Assembly: GCA_052034255.1 (NCBI GenBank)
Contig: JBPOIU010000020.1
Span: 777-64,776, forward strand
Origin: Planctomycetota bacterium
GTDB taxonomy: Bacteria; Planctomycetota; B15-G4; JADJEK01
DNA length: 64,000 nt
Direction: 5' to 3'
How positions within the stretch are numbered: position 1 is the first letter of the stretch; each line of letters starts with the position of its first letter. The notes beneath the pieces are model-generated. The model made no database searches. It was not told the origin of the DNA and was given only the letters and a program-made list of their open reading frames with translations. Shown piece by piece: positions 18,413-28,108 of this stretch. The position numbers were made by a program, and so were the translations under genes.

Positions 18413-21400
18413 CCTCGCGTGATCGTCGCGTCGAGATTGAGCAATGCGCTCGCCAACATCGTCCACGCCGCGAGCTCCGCGGGATCGCGGCCCTCCGCGC
18501 GGGGCAGGACGCCGACCGCCAGCAACGCCTCGGCGTCGGCCGGGGCCGCGCCGTAGCGCGCGCGGAAATCGCGCAGCGCATCGGACAGCGCCGCGGCCTG
18601 CCGCACGGACGGCGCGTTGCCGGTGCAGCGCCGGAACATCGTCTCGATCCGCACGACGTCGTCGTCGGCTTCCGCCAGCGTGCGCTGTGCGAGCCCGCGC
18701 GCCGCTTCGACGAACTGCTCGTCATTCCACAGCGCGAGTGCTTGCAGCGGCGTGTTCGTCGTCGTGCGCTTCACGGTGCACGATTCCCGCGTCGGCGCAT
18801 CGAGCGCGAGCAGCGTCGGCGGCGGCGCCGCGCGCTTCCAGTACGTGTAGAGCGAGCGCCGCCACAGCTCGTCCCCGTCCCCACGCTGGTACGCACGCGT
18901 GTTCGAGGCCGGCATCGCCACTTCCTGCCATAGGCCTTCCGGCTGGTACGGGCGCACCGACGGGCCGCCGACGCGCTCGACGAGGAGGTCGGCGACGTAG
19001 AGCGCTTGGTCGCGAATCGCTTCGGCCGACAGCCGCTTGCGCGGAAAGTAGGCCAACCAGCGATTGTCGGGGTCGCGCTCGCGGACGTCCGCACGGACTC
19101 GCGCGCTCTGCCGATAGACGCGGCTGTTCAGGATGGTCGCGATCAGCCGCTTGACGTCGTAGCCGTGCTCGACGAAATCGACGGCGAGCCAGTCCAGCAA
19201 CTCGGGATGACTGGGGTATTCGCCCTGGAGTCCGAAGTCCTCGGTCGTCTTCACCAAGCCCGTGCCGAAGATCTGGTCCCAGATCCGATTGACGAACACG
19301 CGCGCGACCAGCGGATTCTGCGGCGACGTCAGCCAGCGCGCGAGCCCGACGCGATCACGCGGCACGCCCTCCGGCCACGTGCCGAGCGCGGCGGGAACGG
19401 CGCGTTCGACGCGTTGCTGCGGGTCGGGCTTGTCATAGAGCCCGCGCATCAACACGAAGGTCTCGCGCGGCATCGGGCGCTCTTTCATCACCATCGTGCG
19501 CGGGACTTCGGCGCGCAGTTGCTCGAGTTCGCGATCGAGCGCCGTGATCTTCGCGACGCCGTCGCGATACGCGGTCGAGAACGCCGTACGCCACGCGCGC
19601 TCGAAGCGTTGCGCCAAGTGCGCGTCCTGCGCCGCGGTGTCGACCAGCGCCGTCAACAACTCGCCGCGGAGTTCGCGTTCGGGTCGAATCGTGCGCCAGA
19701 AGAAGCCGGCCTCGCCACCGCTGTTCGCGACCTTCAGGGTCAGCAAATGGCGCCCAGCCGGCAGTTCGAACTCGACCGCGTCCTGATCCCGCGCCAAGCC
19801 GCGATCGGTGCGATTCGCCGCGATCTCGACACCATCGAGGAACAGCTTGAAGCCGTCGTCCGAGCCGAGACGCGCATCGACCTTGCGCGTCGACGGCACG
19901 AACAACTCCTTCGCGACGTAGCTGACGTTGGTGCCGCCCGCGAGGTCGCCGTTCAGCCGATCGTCGCGGAACTCCGGCACGGGTCGCCAACTCTGATTGC
20001 CGAAGCCGAAGTTCTTGCCGCGATCGAGCGTCGTCTCGGCCTCGGGCCCGAACGCGGTCGTGAACGCGAGCTCGCCCGAGTCGGCCGGGAACGGACCGAC
20101 CAGGTGCCACGCCGTCGCCGCGACGGGCAGCATGTCGAACGCCGCCGGATCGAACGCGCCGATGCCGATGCGCACCCGACCGAACGTGTGTTGCGCATAG
20201 ATCGAGCGGTAGTGCAGCCGAACCTGGACTTCGGTGCCCCCGGCGAACCCGAACGGCTCTTGCGCGAGGAACCACGCCAAACGCCCATCGGTGCGGTTGT
20301 GCGCGTCGACGGCCCAACCGTCGGCCGTGTCCGGTCGCAACGCGTTCACCACGCCGAAGTCGCCGTTCTCCTGCTCGAAGTCGGCCCACGCCCACGCCAA
20401 CGGCACGGTGACGGAACGCGTCGGATCGGCACTCGACGTCGCGACCACCTCGATGCCGGACAGCACGCCATTGCCGTTGAACGCCCGTCCGACCCGCCCA
20501 TTCGGCAGGTCCGGATCGGGCAGGACTTCGAGCTGCAGCAAACGCAGATCGGTGGCGTCGGTGTGCAACGTCAGTTCGTGCACGTCTTGATCCGGATTCG
20601 TCCCGGACGCGAACACCGAACCGTCGTCGCGCACGGTCAGCGTCGCGCCGCCCGTCGACGCCGCGCGGACGACCGTCACCGGTTCGAGGCGCACGCCGCT
20701 CGCGGCGCGCACCGCGTTGACGAACGACACGCGTTCGACCGCTTCTTCGGGTGCCGCCTCGTCGAGTTCGCGCTGCAGCGCCTCACGCCGCGCCGTACGC
20801 TCGGCGAGCTGGCTCTCCTGGTCCGCTGACGGAACCTCGATGAACGGCTCGAACGCACGATTCGGATCGGGCAATTGCGAGTACAGCCCGGGCTCTTCGA
20901 TCGAATTGAAGAACGCGATCAACCCGTAGAAGTCGCGCTGCGAGATCGGGTCGAACTTGTGGTCGTGGCAGCGTGCACAGCCGAGCGTCAGCCCGAGGAA
21001 CACCGATCCGGTCGTCGCCACGCGATCGACGGCGTACTCGACGAGGTACTCCTCGGCGATCGCTCCGCCTTCGTCGGTCGTCACGTGGTTGCGGTTGAAA
21101 CCGCTCGCGACGATCTGCTCGCGCGTCGCGCTCGGCAACAGGTCGCCGGCCAACTGCTCGGTGATGAAGCGGTCGAACGCCATCCCATCGTGGAATGCCC
21201 GCAACACCCAATCGCGCCAAGCCCACATCTGGCGGCCGGCGTCGGTATGGATGCCGGACGTGTCGGCATAGCGCGCTTGGTCGAGCCACGGCGTCGCCAT
21301 GCGCTCGGCGTAGCGCGAGACGTACGGCTCGTCGTGCAACAGTCGCTCGACGAGTCGCTCGAATGCATCGGTCCGATCGTCGGCGAGGAACGAGTCGAGC

Positions 21401-22080
21401 TCCGCCGGCGTCGGCGGCAAGCCCGTGATGTCGAGAAACGCGCGCCGTGCCAACGTCGACCGCTCGGCGTCCGGACTCGGCGCAATGCCTTCGCGCTCGA
21501 GCCGCGCCAACACGAACGCGTCGATCGGCGTCGACGGCCACGCCGTGTCCACCACCGCGGGCGGCTCGACGCGCGCCGGCGGAGCGAACGCCCAATGCGG
21601 TTCGTACACCGCGCCTTGCGCGATCCAGCGCTCGATGACGTCGAGTTCATGACTCGTCAGCGGCGGCTTGTGCGCGTCGACCGGCGGCATGCGACGGTCG
21701 ATGTCGTCGGTCGTCAACCGTTGCCACAGCACGCTCGACGTCGGCGAACCGGGCACGACCGCAGCGCCGTGCTCGCGCGCGGCGGTCGCGTCTTCGGCGC
21801 GGTCGAGGCGCAAGTTCGCGGCGCGCTTGCCCTGGTCCTGCCCGTGACATTGGAAGCACTTGTCCGACAGGATCGGCCGCACGTCGCGCCCGTAGCGCAC
21901 GAGTTCGTCGGGCGGCACGAGATGCGTCGGCGCTTCGTCGCGCGGTCGCTCGGCGCCGGGTTGGGGCGCGACGAGGCGCGGGACGGGCAAAGCGCCGTCC
22001 TTGCGGTCGGTGGCGAACGCCGACGCGAGCACGAGGCTCGCAGCCGGCAGGAACGCGAAGATCCGGGTGGTTCGCGTCAT
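18409..22080 (-). CDS. PSCyt (planctomycete cytochrome c) / DUF1549 / DUF1553 domain protein
   Basis: Signal peptide MTRTTRIFAFLPAASLVLASAFA. Haem-binding CFQCHG. Long DUF1549 and DUF1553 regions (GLTLGCARCHDHKFDP). This is the canonical partner of DUF1501 in Planctomycetes and Verrucomicrobia. Confidence 0.85.
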   Translation of the reverse strand: MTRTTRIFAFLPAASLVLASAFATDRKDGALPVPRLVAPQPGAERPRDEAPTHLVPPDELVRYGRDVRPILSDKCFQCHGQDQGKRAANLRLDRAEDATAAREHGAAVVPGSPTSSVLWQRLTTDDIDRRMPPVDAHKPPLTSHELDVIERWIAQGAVYEPHWAFAPPARVEPPAVVDTAWPSTPIDAFVLARLEREGIAPSPDAERSTLARRAFLDITGLPPTPAELDSFLADDRTDAFERLVERLLHDEPYVSRYAERMATPWLDQARYADTSGIHTDAGRQMWAWRDWVLRAFHDGMAFDRFITEQLAGDLLPSATREQIVASGFNRNHVTTDEGGAIAEEYLVEYAVDRVATTGSVFLGLTLGCARCHDHKFDPISQRDFYGLIAFFNSIEEPGLYSQLPDPNRAFEPFIEVPSADQESQLAERTARREALQRELDEAAPEEAVERVSFVNAVRAASGVRLEPVTVVRAASTGGATLTVRDDGSVFASGTNPDQDVHELTLHTDATDLRLLQLEVLPDPDLPNGRVGRAFNGNGVLSGIEVVATSSADPTRSVTVPLAWAWADFEQENGDFGVVNALRPDTADGWAVDAHNRTDGRLAWFLAQEPFGFAGGTEVQVRLHYRSIYAQHTFGRVRIGIGAFDPAAFDMLPVAATAWHLVGPFPADSGELAFTTAFGPEAETTLDRGKNFGFGNQSWRPVPEFRDDRLNGDLAGGTNVSYVAKELFVPSTRKVDARLGSDDGFKLFLDGVEIAANRTDRGLARDQDAVEFELPAGRHLLTLKVANSGGEAGFFWRTIRPERELRGELLTALVDTAAQDAHLAQRFERAWRTAFSTAYRDGVAKITALDRELEQLRAEVPRTMVMKERPMPRETFVLMRGLYDKPDPQQRVERAVPAALGTWPEGVPRDRVGLARWLTSPQNPLVARVFVNRIWDQIFGTGLVKTTEDFGLQGEYPSHPELLDWLAVDFVEHGYDVKRLIATILNSRVYRQSARVRADVRERDPDNRWLAYFPRKRLSAEAIRDQALYVADLLVERVGGPSVRPYQPEGLWQEVAMPASNTRAYQRGDGDELWRRSLYTYWKRAAPPPTLLALDAPTRESCTVKRTTTNTPLQALALWNDEQFVEAARGLAQRTLAEADDDVVRIETMFRRCTGNAPSVRQAAALSDALRDFRARYGAAPADAEALLAVGVLPRAEGRDPAELAAWTMLASALLNLDATITRG

Positions 22081-22252
22081 GCAGCGGTGCGGCGAAGAGA
22101 TGCAACCGCTCGCGACGCACAGACCCGATGCGTGCGCAGCGGATGCCCGTGGTCGCCGTTCGTGCCACGGGCGCGGCGCAGGATAACCCGATCGCGTCGC
22201 CGATTGCGACGCGCAATCGAACGAAGATGCGCGAAAGGGGGAAGGGGTTCGA

Positions 22253-25200
22253 TCAACGCGCGCGCAAGCGCAGCGCTTCGAGATTCGCGATGTACGCCGC
22301 CGCGCGACTCGTCGCTTTGACGCGCAGCGTCGCGACACCTGCTTGCGAGAACTCGAGCACTCCGAGCTCGCGTTCGCGGAACTCGGTCCAACTCGGCGTG
22401 GCTTCGGTCGTGAACGCGAACGTCGTCGCGTCGCACTCGACCACGAGCTGCGATCCCACCTGATCCTCGGGCGCCGCGTAGCGCAGCGCTACGTCGTACG
22501 CGCCCGCGCGCGGCACATGCAGCGCGAACGTGAACGCGGTGTCGACGTCGCTCCAGCTGCCGATGCACTCGTCCTCACGCTCCGCGTGCGTGCCCTCGAT
22601 TTCCGCATCCAGCGCCGCGATCACCAGCTCCTCGCCCGCGGCCGTCGGCAGCGCGAACTCGAGCGGCGCCGCACGCACGACGACGGGCTTCGACGAGCGC
22701 GTCAACGCGGCCACGCCGGCCGCGCCGCGGTCGGTGTACGACGCGCGCAGCACGTAGATGCCGTGCGCGTCCTTCGCCGTCTCGGGCGCCGCCGGGATCA
22801 CGACCGTGCCGTCCTTCCCACGCAGACCGTCGTCGGAGCCCAATGCCGCGATGGCGTCGACCATGTTCGCGATCGACGGCTCGGGAACGTGGAGGTGTGG
22901 CGGCATCGCGACCGAGCCGTAACGCCCCGCGCCTCCGGCACGCACCTTCGCGATCAAGCGAGCGATCTCTTCGGCGCGTCGCGACTCGTCGAGCGCGCGC
23001 AGCGCGTCCGCGACTTGCCGGTAGGCCGGGCCGACCGACGGTTGTTCGGGGTGGTGACAGGCGATGCAGCCGCTCCTCTTCAGCAGCGCCGTGCCCTTCA
23101 ACCGGGGATCCATGCCCGGCAACAGCGGATCGGGCTCGACGTCCGCGGCGTCGTCGGGATCACCGCTTTCGACGTAGACCGCGACCAGGTCCGCCCGCCG
23201 CAGCGCGTCTTCGGCAGCCAGCGGCCCGCCGTTCGCGCGGCCGTCCTCGACGTCCGACACCTCGACCGTGTACGTGAGCGGCGCGTCCCAGCGGAACGTC
23301 GCCGGCGCGAACAGCGTCACTTCGGGAGCGGTGTTGCCGGCGACGATCGACGTCATCGCCTTGCCCTCACGCCCCGCAGCGTCCGTCACGGTCAGCGAGA
23401 CGTCGTAGGCGCCGGGCTTCGCATACTCCTTGCGCGGCGAGGCCTCGGACGACGCGGTGCCGTCGCCGAAATCCCACGCGTAGCGCAGCCGCGCGTCGTC
23501 CCCGTCGGGATCGTGCGTGCCGGCGCTGGAGAATCGCACGGCCAACGGCAGGCCCCCGGTCGTCGGCGTGGCGTCGATCGCCACCTTCGGGCGCTTGTCG
23601 AAACTGGAGAAGCGCACGCGCAGCAGGCGGCCGTCGACGTTGTCCCACCAATTCGTGCCGTAGTCGAGGATCCACAACGCGCCGTCCTTCCCGAGCTCGA
23701 CGTCGATCGGATGCGGGATCGACACGTGCGCGAGGAAGCGGTGCACGCCGTCCAACTCGCCGGCCTCGTCGAACTTCAGCCAGAAGAAGGTCGCGCGGGC
23801 CCAGTCGTAGAACAGCATCACGCGGTCGAACCACGCCGGGAACTGGCCGCCGTGCAGCGACTGGTGGATCCAGGGTCCAGCCATCGCGTTGCGGCCACCA
23901 TCGTTCAGCTCGGGCAGCGTCGACGAACGGCCGTACGGATAGGCGAAGAACGGCCGCGTTGGCGACGGCAAGCGTTCGAGCCCGGTGTTGCGCGGCGAGT
24001 CGTTGACCAGCAGATCGGCGAAGCTCTCCCCGCGCTCACCGCTGGCGAAATCGCGATCCCGATAGAACCGGCCACCGCGCGCGAACGGCCAACCGAAGTA
24101 GCCCGCACGTCGCGCACGGTTCAGCGTGTCGACGCCGCGCGGATCGCCGTGCCCGTCGTCACCGGCGTCCGGCCCGACGTCGCCCCACCACACGTCGCCG
24201 GTCAGCGGATCGACGCTGATGCGATACGGATTGCGGCAGCCCTTGACGAAGATCTCCGGGCGCGTGAACGCTGTGCCAGGCGGCCACAGATTGCCGTCGG
24301 GGATCGCGACCGTGCCGTCCTCGTTCGGCCGGATGCGCAGGATCGAACCGCGCAAGTCGTTCGAATTGCCCGCGGAGCGCTGCGCATCCCATTCCGTGCG
24401 GTCCTCGCGCTCGTCGATCGGCGCGAAGCCGTCGGATGCGAACGGGTTCGTGTTGTCGCCGGTCGACAGGAACAACTCACCGCTTCGCGCGAACGCCAAC
24501 GACCCACCTTCGTGACACGTCGTTTCGTCGCGATCGGTTCCGACTTCGAGCAGCACGCGCTCGTCGACGAGCTTCGCCGCATCACCGTCGCCTTGCAGCG
24601 TGAACCGCGACAGGCGATTCAACGCTGGTTCGCGCGGCGACCAATAGACGTAGACGAATCGATCCACGCCGTGGTTCGGCCCGACCGCCAAGCCGAGCCC
24701 GCCGCATTCGTTCGCGTGCGTGCCGGACTCGTCGCGGCACGCGACCTCGAAGCGATGGATCACGCGCACGCGATCGCTCGCCGCCGAGTAGAGCTTCAGC
24801 GCGCCCTTGCGCTCGAGCACCAGCACGTCGCCGCTCGGCAAGGGTGCGATCTCGATCGGGTCCTCGAGGCCGTCGAGCACGACGTCGACGTCGAAGGCGT
24901 CGTCGTCGGGACGCGTGACCTCGACTCCGCGCAAGGGCGTTCCCATCGCCGCGAACGCGCGCGCCAACACGCGGCGCACTGGCGCGGAACGATGGACCTC
25001 GGCGGTTCCGCCGAGCCCGAGCGCGACGCAGCCGCCGCCGTCGTACGTGCGTTCCCACGCGACCGGCGTGCGGCCGTACGCGTCGCCGAGTTCGAGCAAG
25101 GGGTGCGTGCGCGAGTCCGGCTGCGCCTGCACGAGCGGTTGCGCGAACACGCATTCCGCGAGCGACGGATCCGCCGCGGCGACGGTGGCGATCTCGTACT

Positions 25201-25642
25201 GGCCAAACGGCCACTCGGTCGTCGACAGCGCGCCGAAGAGCCGGCGCGACCACCACCATTCCGATTCTGCGCGCAGCGCGCCGTCGAGCGCCAGCACGTA
25301 CCCGCCGCGCTCGACGAAGCGCGTCAGGGCTCCCCGCGCCACGTCGTCGAAGCGCTGCGTCGCCGGGCATGCGAGCACGAGCCCCGCGCGCGCGCCGAGC
25401 GTCGCGTCGCACAACGCGGCCGCGTCCGCCACGAACTCGAGCGGGAGGCCGCGCGCCGTCGCGGTCGTTTGCAGTGCTGCTTCCAGCGCGATCCACTCGC
25501 CGTCGTCGACGGCGCGGTCGCCGACGAACACCAGTACCGGCGGCGGCGGCGGCAACGGAGATCCGTCGTCGCCGCACCCGAGTGTCAGCGTTGCGAGCGT
25601 CAGCAGTGTGGCGAACGGAGCTGCAAGCGCGCGGCGGAGCAT
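22253..25642 (-). CDS. lipoprotein with ThuA-like domain, glucose/sorbosone dehydrogenase beta-propeller, PKD domain, CxxCH cytochrome c domain and C-terminal carbohydrate-binding-like domain
   Basis: Lipobox LTLGC. ThuA-like N-terminus. Dehydrogenase-propeller motifs HEGGSLAF and GYFGWP. PKD YAWDFGDGT. Haem site SGCIACHH. The architecture matches the PVC-type 'membrane-bound dehydrogenase plus haem-binding' proteins. Confidence 0.75.
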   Translation of the reverse strand: MLRRALAAPFATLLTLATLTLGCGDDGSPLPPPPPVLVFVGDRAVDDGEWIALEAALQTTATARGLPLEFVADAAALCDATLGARAGLVLACPATQRFDDVARGALTRFVERGGYVLALDGALRAESEWWWSRRLFGALSTTEWPFGQYEIATVAAADPSLAECVFAQPLVQAQPDSRTHPLLELGDAYGRTPVAWERTYDGGGCVALGLGGTAEVHRSAPVRRVLARAFAAMGTPLRGVEVTRPDDDAFDVDVVLDGLEDPIEIAPLPSGDVLVLERKGALKLYSAASDRVRVIHRFEVACRDESGTHANECGGLGLAVGPNHGVDRFVYVYWSPREPALNRLSRFTLQGDGDAAKLVDERVLLEVGTDRDETTCHEGGSLAFARSGELFLSTGDNTNPFASDGFAPIDEREDRTEWDAQRSAGNSNDLRGSILRIRPNEDGTVAIPDGNLWPPGTAFTRPEIFVKGCRNPYRISVDPLTGDVWWGDVGPDAGDDGHGDPRGVDTLNRARRAGYFGWPFARGGRFYRDRDFASGERGESFADLLVNDSPRNTGLERLPSPTRPFFAYPYGRSSTLPELNDGGRNAMAGPWIHQSLHGGQFPAWFDRVMLFYDWARATFFWLKFDEAGELDGVHRFLAHVSIPHPIDVELGKDGALWILDYGTNWWDNVDGRLLRVRFSSFDKRPKVAIDATPTTGGLPLAVRFSSAGTHDPDGDDARLRYAWDFGDGTASSEASPRKEYAKPGAYDVSLTVTDAAGREGKAMTSIVAGNTAPEVTLFAPATFRWDAPLTYTVEVSDVEDGRANGGPLAAEDALRRADLVAVYVESGDPDDAADVEPDPLLPGMDPRLKGTALLKRSGCIACHHPEQPSVGPAYRQVADALRALDESRRAEEIARLIAKVRAGGAGRYGSVAMPPHLHVPEPSIANMVDAIAALGSDDGLRGKDGTVVIPAAPETAKDAHGIYVLRASYTDRGAAGVAALTRSSKPVVVRAAPLEFALPTAAGEELVIAALDAEIEGTHAEREDECIGSWSDVDTAFTFALHVPRAGAYDVALRYAAPEDQVGSQLVVECDATTFAFTTEATPSWTEFRERELGVLEFSQAGVATLRVKATSRAAAYIANLEALRLRAR

Positions 25643-25770
25643 GCGGCGCGGATCATAGATCACGCTGTCCGAATCCGATGGCGGCCGGTCGGGAACGCGC
25701 GTTGGATTCGGCGTCGGGACCTTCGAACCCACGCCGAAGACTCGCGTGCTCGCGTCAGGGCGGCAGGGCG

Positions 25771-27999
25771 TCAGGGCGTCAGCGGATGATTCGGCCCGGC
25801 GGCGAGGCGGCGCAGCGACCGCTGGATCTCCGCCCGCACGCTGGGCGGCAGATCGGCGTCCGCGGCGCGGGCGGTCAACTCCGCCTCGATCCGCGGCCGA
25901 TCCTCGCAGTACGTGAACCAGCCGAGCGCTTCGGCGACCGTCGCGCGCAGATCGGCGGGCTCTTCCGCGCGCGCCAACACCGCGAACAGGCCTTGCACTG
26001 CGGTCCGCGCCCGCGCGTTGCGGAAGCTGCGCGCCGCATTCAAGCGCTCCTTCGGCTTCTTCGTCGGATCGGCCAGATCGGCGAGCGATGAGTCGACCAG
26101 GCGGAACACGAACGGCTCGATCTCGCCAAGACGCTTCAGGCGCGCATCGGACTCCGGCAACGACTTCCGCAGCGCGGCGAACGCCGCTTCGATCGGCTCC
26201 TTGCGGTAGCAATGCAGCGCGTCGCGCGCGTTGAACATCACGCGCTCCGACGGGTCGTCGAGGGCGAGCTCGAGCACGGCCGCCGCCGTTTCGTCCAGCC
26301 CACGCTCACCGGTGAGGATCACCGCGAAACGTCGCACCAGCTCGTTCGGATCGGTGAGCGCCGTCACGAGCGCGCGATCGAGAGCAGGACCGCGGCGAGC
26401 GGCCAACCGCCGCAGCGCCTGCAGCCGGACGACGTGACTCGCGTCGGCGGCGACGATCGTCGCGAGCCGCGCGTCGTCGATCGCGTCGCGCTCGCCGAGG
26501 CGCGCGATCGCGACTTCGCGCAGCACGGGATCGGCGGATTCGAGAGCCACACGCAGCGCGTCGACGTCGACGTCGCGAGCCAGCGCGGCGACCAAGGCCG
26601 GCGCCGGCGTCGCGGCGAAATGAGCGGTCGGATCGCCGAGCAGCATCGATTCGAGCTGCACGCGCTGGCGGTGCCACTGGCCGATGCGGACGCCTTGTCC
26701 GAGTTGCCCGATGAACTCGTGCAACCACAGGTCTTGCAGCACGTTGACGGAGTTCGCGACGACCGCCACCGCGTCGCTCGCACTGAACAGGTAGGCGCCG
26801 GCGATGTACGGCGATTCGATGAAGCGGCCGTTGAAGCACTCGTCGAGCACCAGCATGCGCGCGTGCGTTCCGGAGCCCTGTGCGTCCTCGACGTGCAGAT
26901 CGCGGTTCTTGTCGTCGGCGTCGTCCGCAGCGACCACGACCGGATCCGCGACGCCGTCGAACCACGATTCGGGCAACGCGTACTTCTGCATCAGCTCGAG
27001 CTTCGCGGCGTCCACGGCCGCCGGGTCCTTCTTCGCCGCGGAACGCAACCGCGAGCGCAACACGCTCTTCACCGCGTCGACGCGCGCCTCCAACGTGCCT
27101 GCCGGAACGTCGCCGATCAGGAACTGCAGATCGGTGTCCCCGTGAGCATGGAACAGCGCGAGGTCGAGCGTGCGATCGCGCAGGGCGACGATGACGCGTT
27201 CCTTCATGCGCTCGCCGATCTGATGGTGCAGCGTGTCGATGCGCCCACCCGGCCGATCCAACTGCGGGAACACCTGCTGCAGCGTGTCGACCTGCGCACG
27301 CCAGGCTTCGAGCGATTCCGAGTGGTAACCGTGCCCGGCGACCGACAGCGCGTGATCGAGCCGGCGCGGCACGTCCTTCCCCGTGATGCACTTGCGCAGG
27401 AAGCGCGCGATCGTGGCGGTACGCTCGGCGTTCGCCGGCCCGGGCACGATGCGCGCGCTGTAGATCTCCTTGTCGACGCGCTGCGCGGAGTCGGGGAGCA
27501 GCGCCACGTAGTGCAAGCGCGGGTCCTCGGGATCGCGTTCGGCAGGCGCGAAGCGGAGGTCGAAGTCCTCGTAGAAGCGGTCGCTCGGCACCGAGCTCCG
27601 CAACCGTGGGAACACGACTTGGTCCATCTTGAACGCGCTGGTCAGATGCTGCGCGTCGCGCACCATCGGCACGGGGACGTCGCCGATGAACACGACCCCT
27701 TCGAGCGGCGGATGCGTGCCGTCGCCGCGCCACAGCCCCTCGAGGCGCTCACGTAACGCGAACGGCTCGTCGAACGTCTCGACGATCAACCAAGTCGGCA
27801 GCGCGTCCGCGCGCTCGATCGCGGCGCGATAGGCATCGACGGGGATCGGATCCGCGGCGTAGGTCGCTTCGTCGACGACGATCGCGAACGACGTCGTCGC
27901 TCCGTCGATGGCCGTGGGTTCGACGACTTGCCCGGAGAAGGCCGACGTCGCCGCACACCACCAGGCCACGGTTCCGAGCACACTCGCATGGGCAGTCAT
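25771..27999 (-). CDS. secreted protein with putative clan-CD (C25/caspase-like) peptidase domain and C-terminal HEAT repeats
   Basis: Signal peptide MTAHASVLGTVAWWCAATSAFSG. Candidate His/Cys dyad at FHAHGDTD and LVLDECFNGRF. C-terminal repeated LxxALxDPxxxVRxxA HEAT/PBS-lyase-like units. The peptidase call is tentative. Confidence 0.45.
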   Translation of the reverse strand: MTAHASVLGTVAWWCAATSAFSGQVVEPTAIDGATTSFAIVVDEATYAADPIPVDAYRAAIERADALPTWLIVETFDEPFALRERLEGLWRGDGTHPPLEGVVFIGDVPVPMVRDAQHLTSAFKMDQVVFPRLRSSVPSDRFYEDFDLRFAPAERDPEDPRLHYVALLPDSAQRVDKEIYSARIVPGPANAERTATIARFLRKCITGKDVPRRLDHALSVAGHGYHSESLEAWRAQVDTLQQVFPQLDRPGGRIDTLHHQIGERMKERVIVALRDRTLDLALFHAHGDTDLQFLIGDVPAGTLEARVDAVKSVLRSRLRSAAKKDPAAVDAAKLELMQKYALPESWFDGVADPVVVAADDADDKNRDLHVEDAQGSGTHARMLVLDECFNGRFIESPYIAGAYLFSASDAVAVVANSVNVLQDLWLHEFIGQLGQGVRIGQWHRQRVQLESMLLGDPTAHFAATPAPALVAALARDVDVDALRVALESADPVLREVAIARLGERDAIDDARLATIVAADASHVVRLQALRRLAARRGPALDRALVTALTDPNELVRRFAVILTGERGLDETAAAVLELALDDPSERVMFNARDALHCYRKEPIEAAFAALRKSLPESDARLKRLGEIEPFVFRLVDSSLADLADPTKKPKERLNAARSFRNARARTAVQGLFAVLARAEEPADLRATVAEALGWFTYCEDRPRIEAELTARAADADLPPSVRAEIQRSLRRLAAGPNHPLTP

Positions 28000-28108
28000 C
28001 GACGAGAGTCTCCACGAACTCCGGGTGCCCGGCCGCAAGGGTCGGGCATCGATCCGAATCCGTCGGGATATGGAGCTCGCGCCCATATCCCGACGGTTCG
28101 GGTGCGCG

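Noticed and set aside
22343-25789. 1148-aa plus-strand ORF
   Set aside because: Antisense to the ThuA/dehydrogenase/cytochrome-c lipoprotein. Arg-rich. No motifs.
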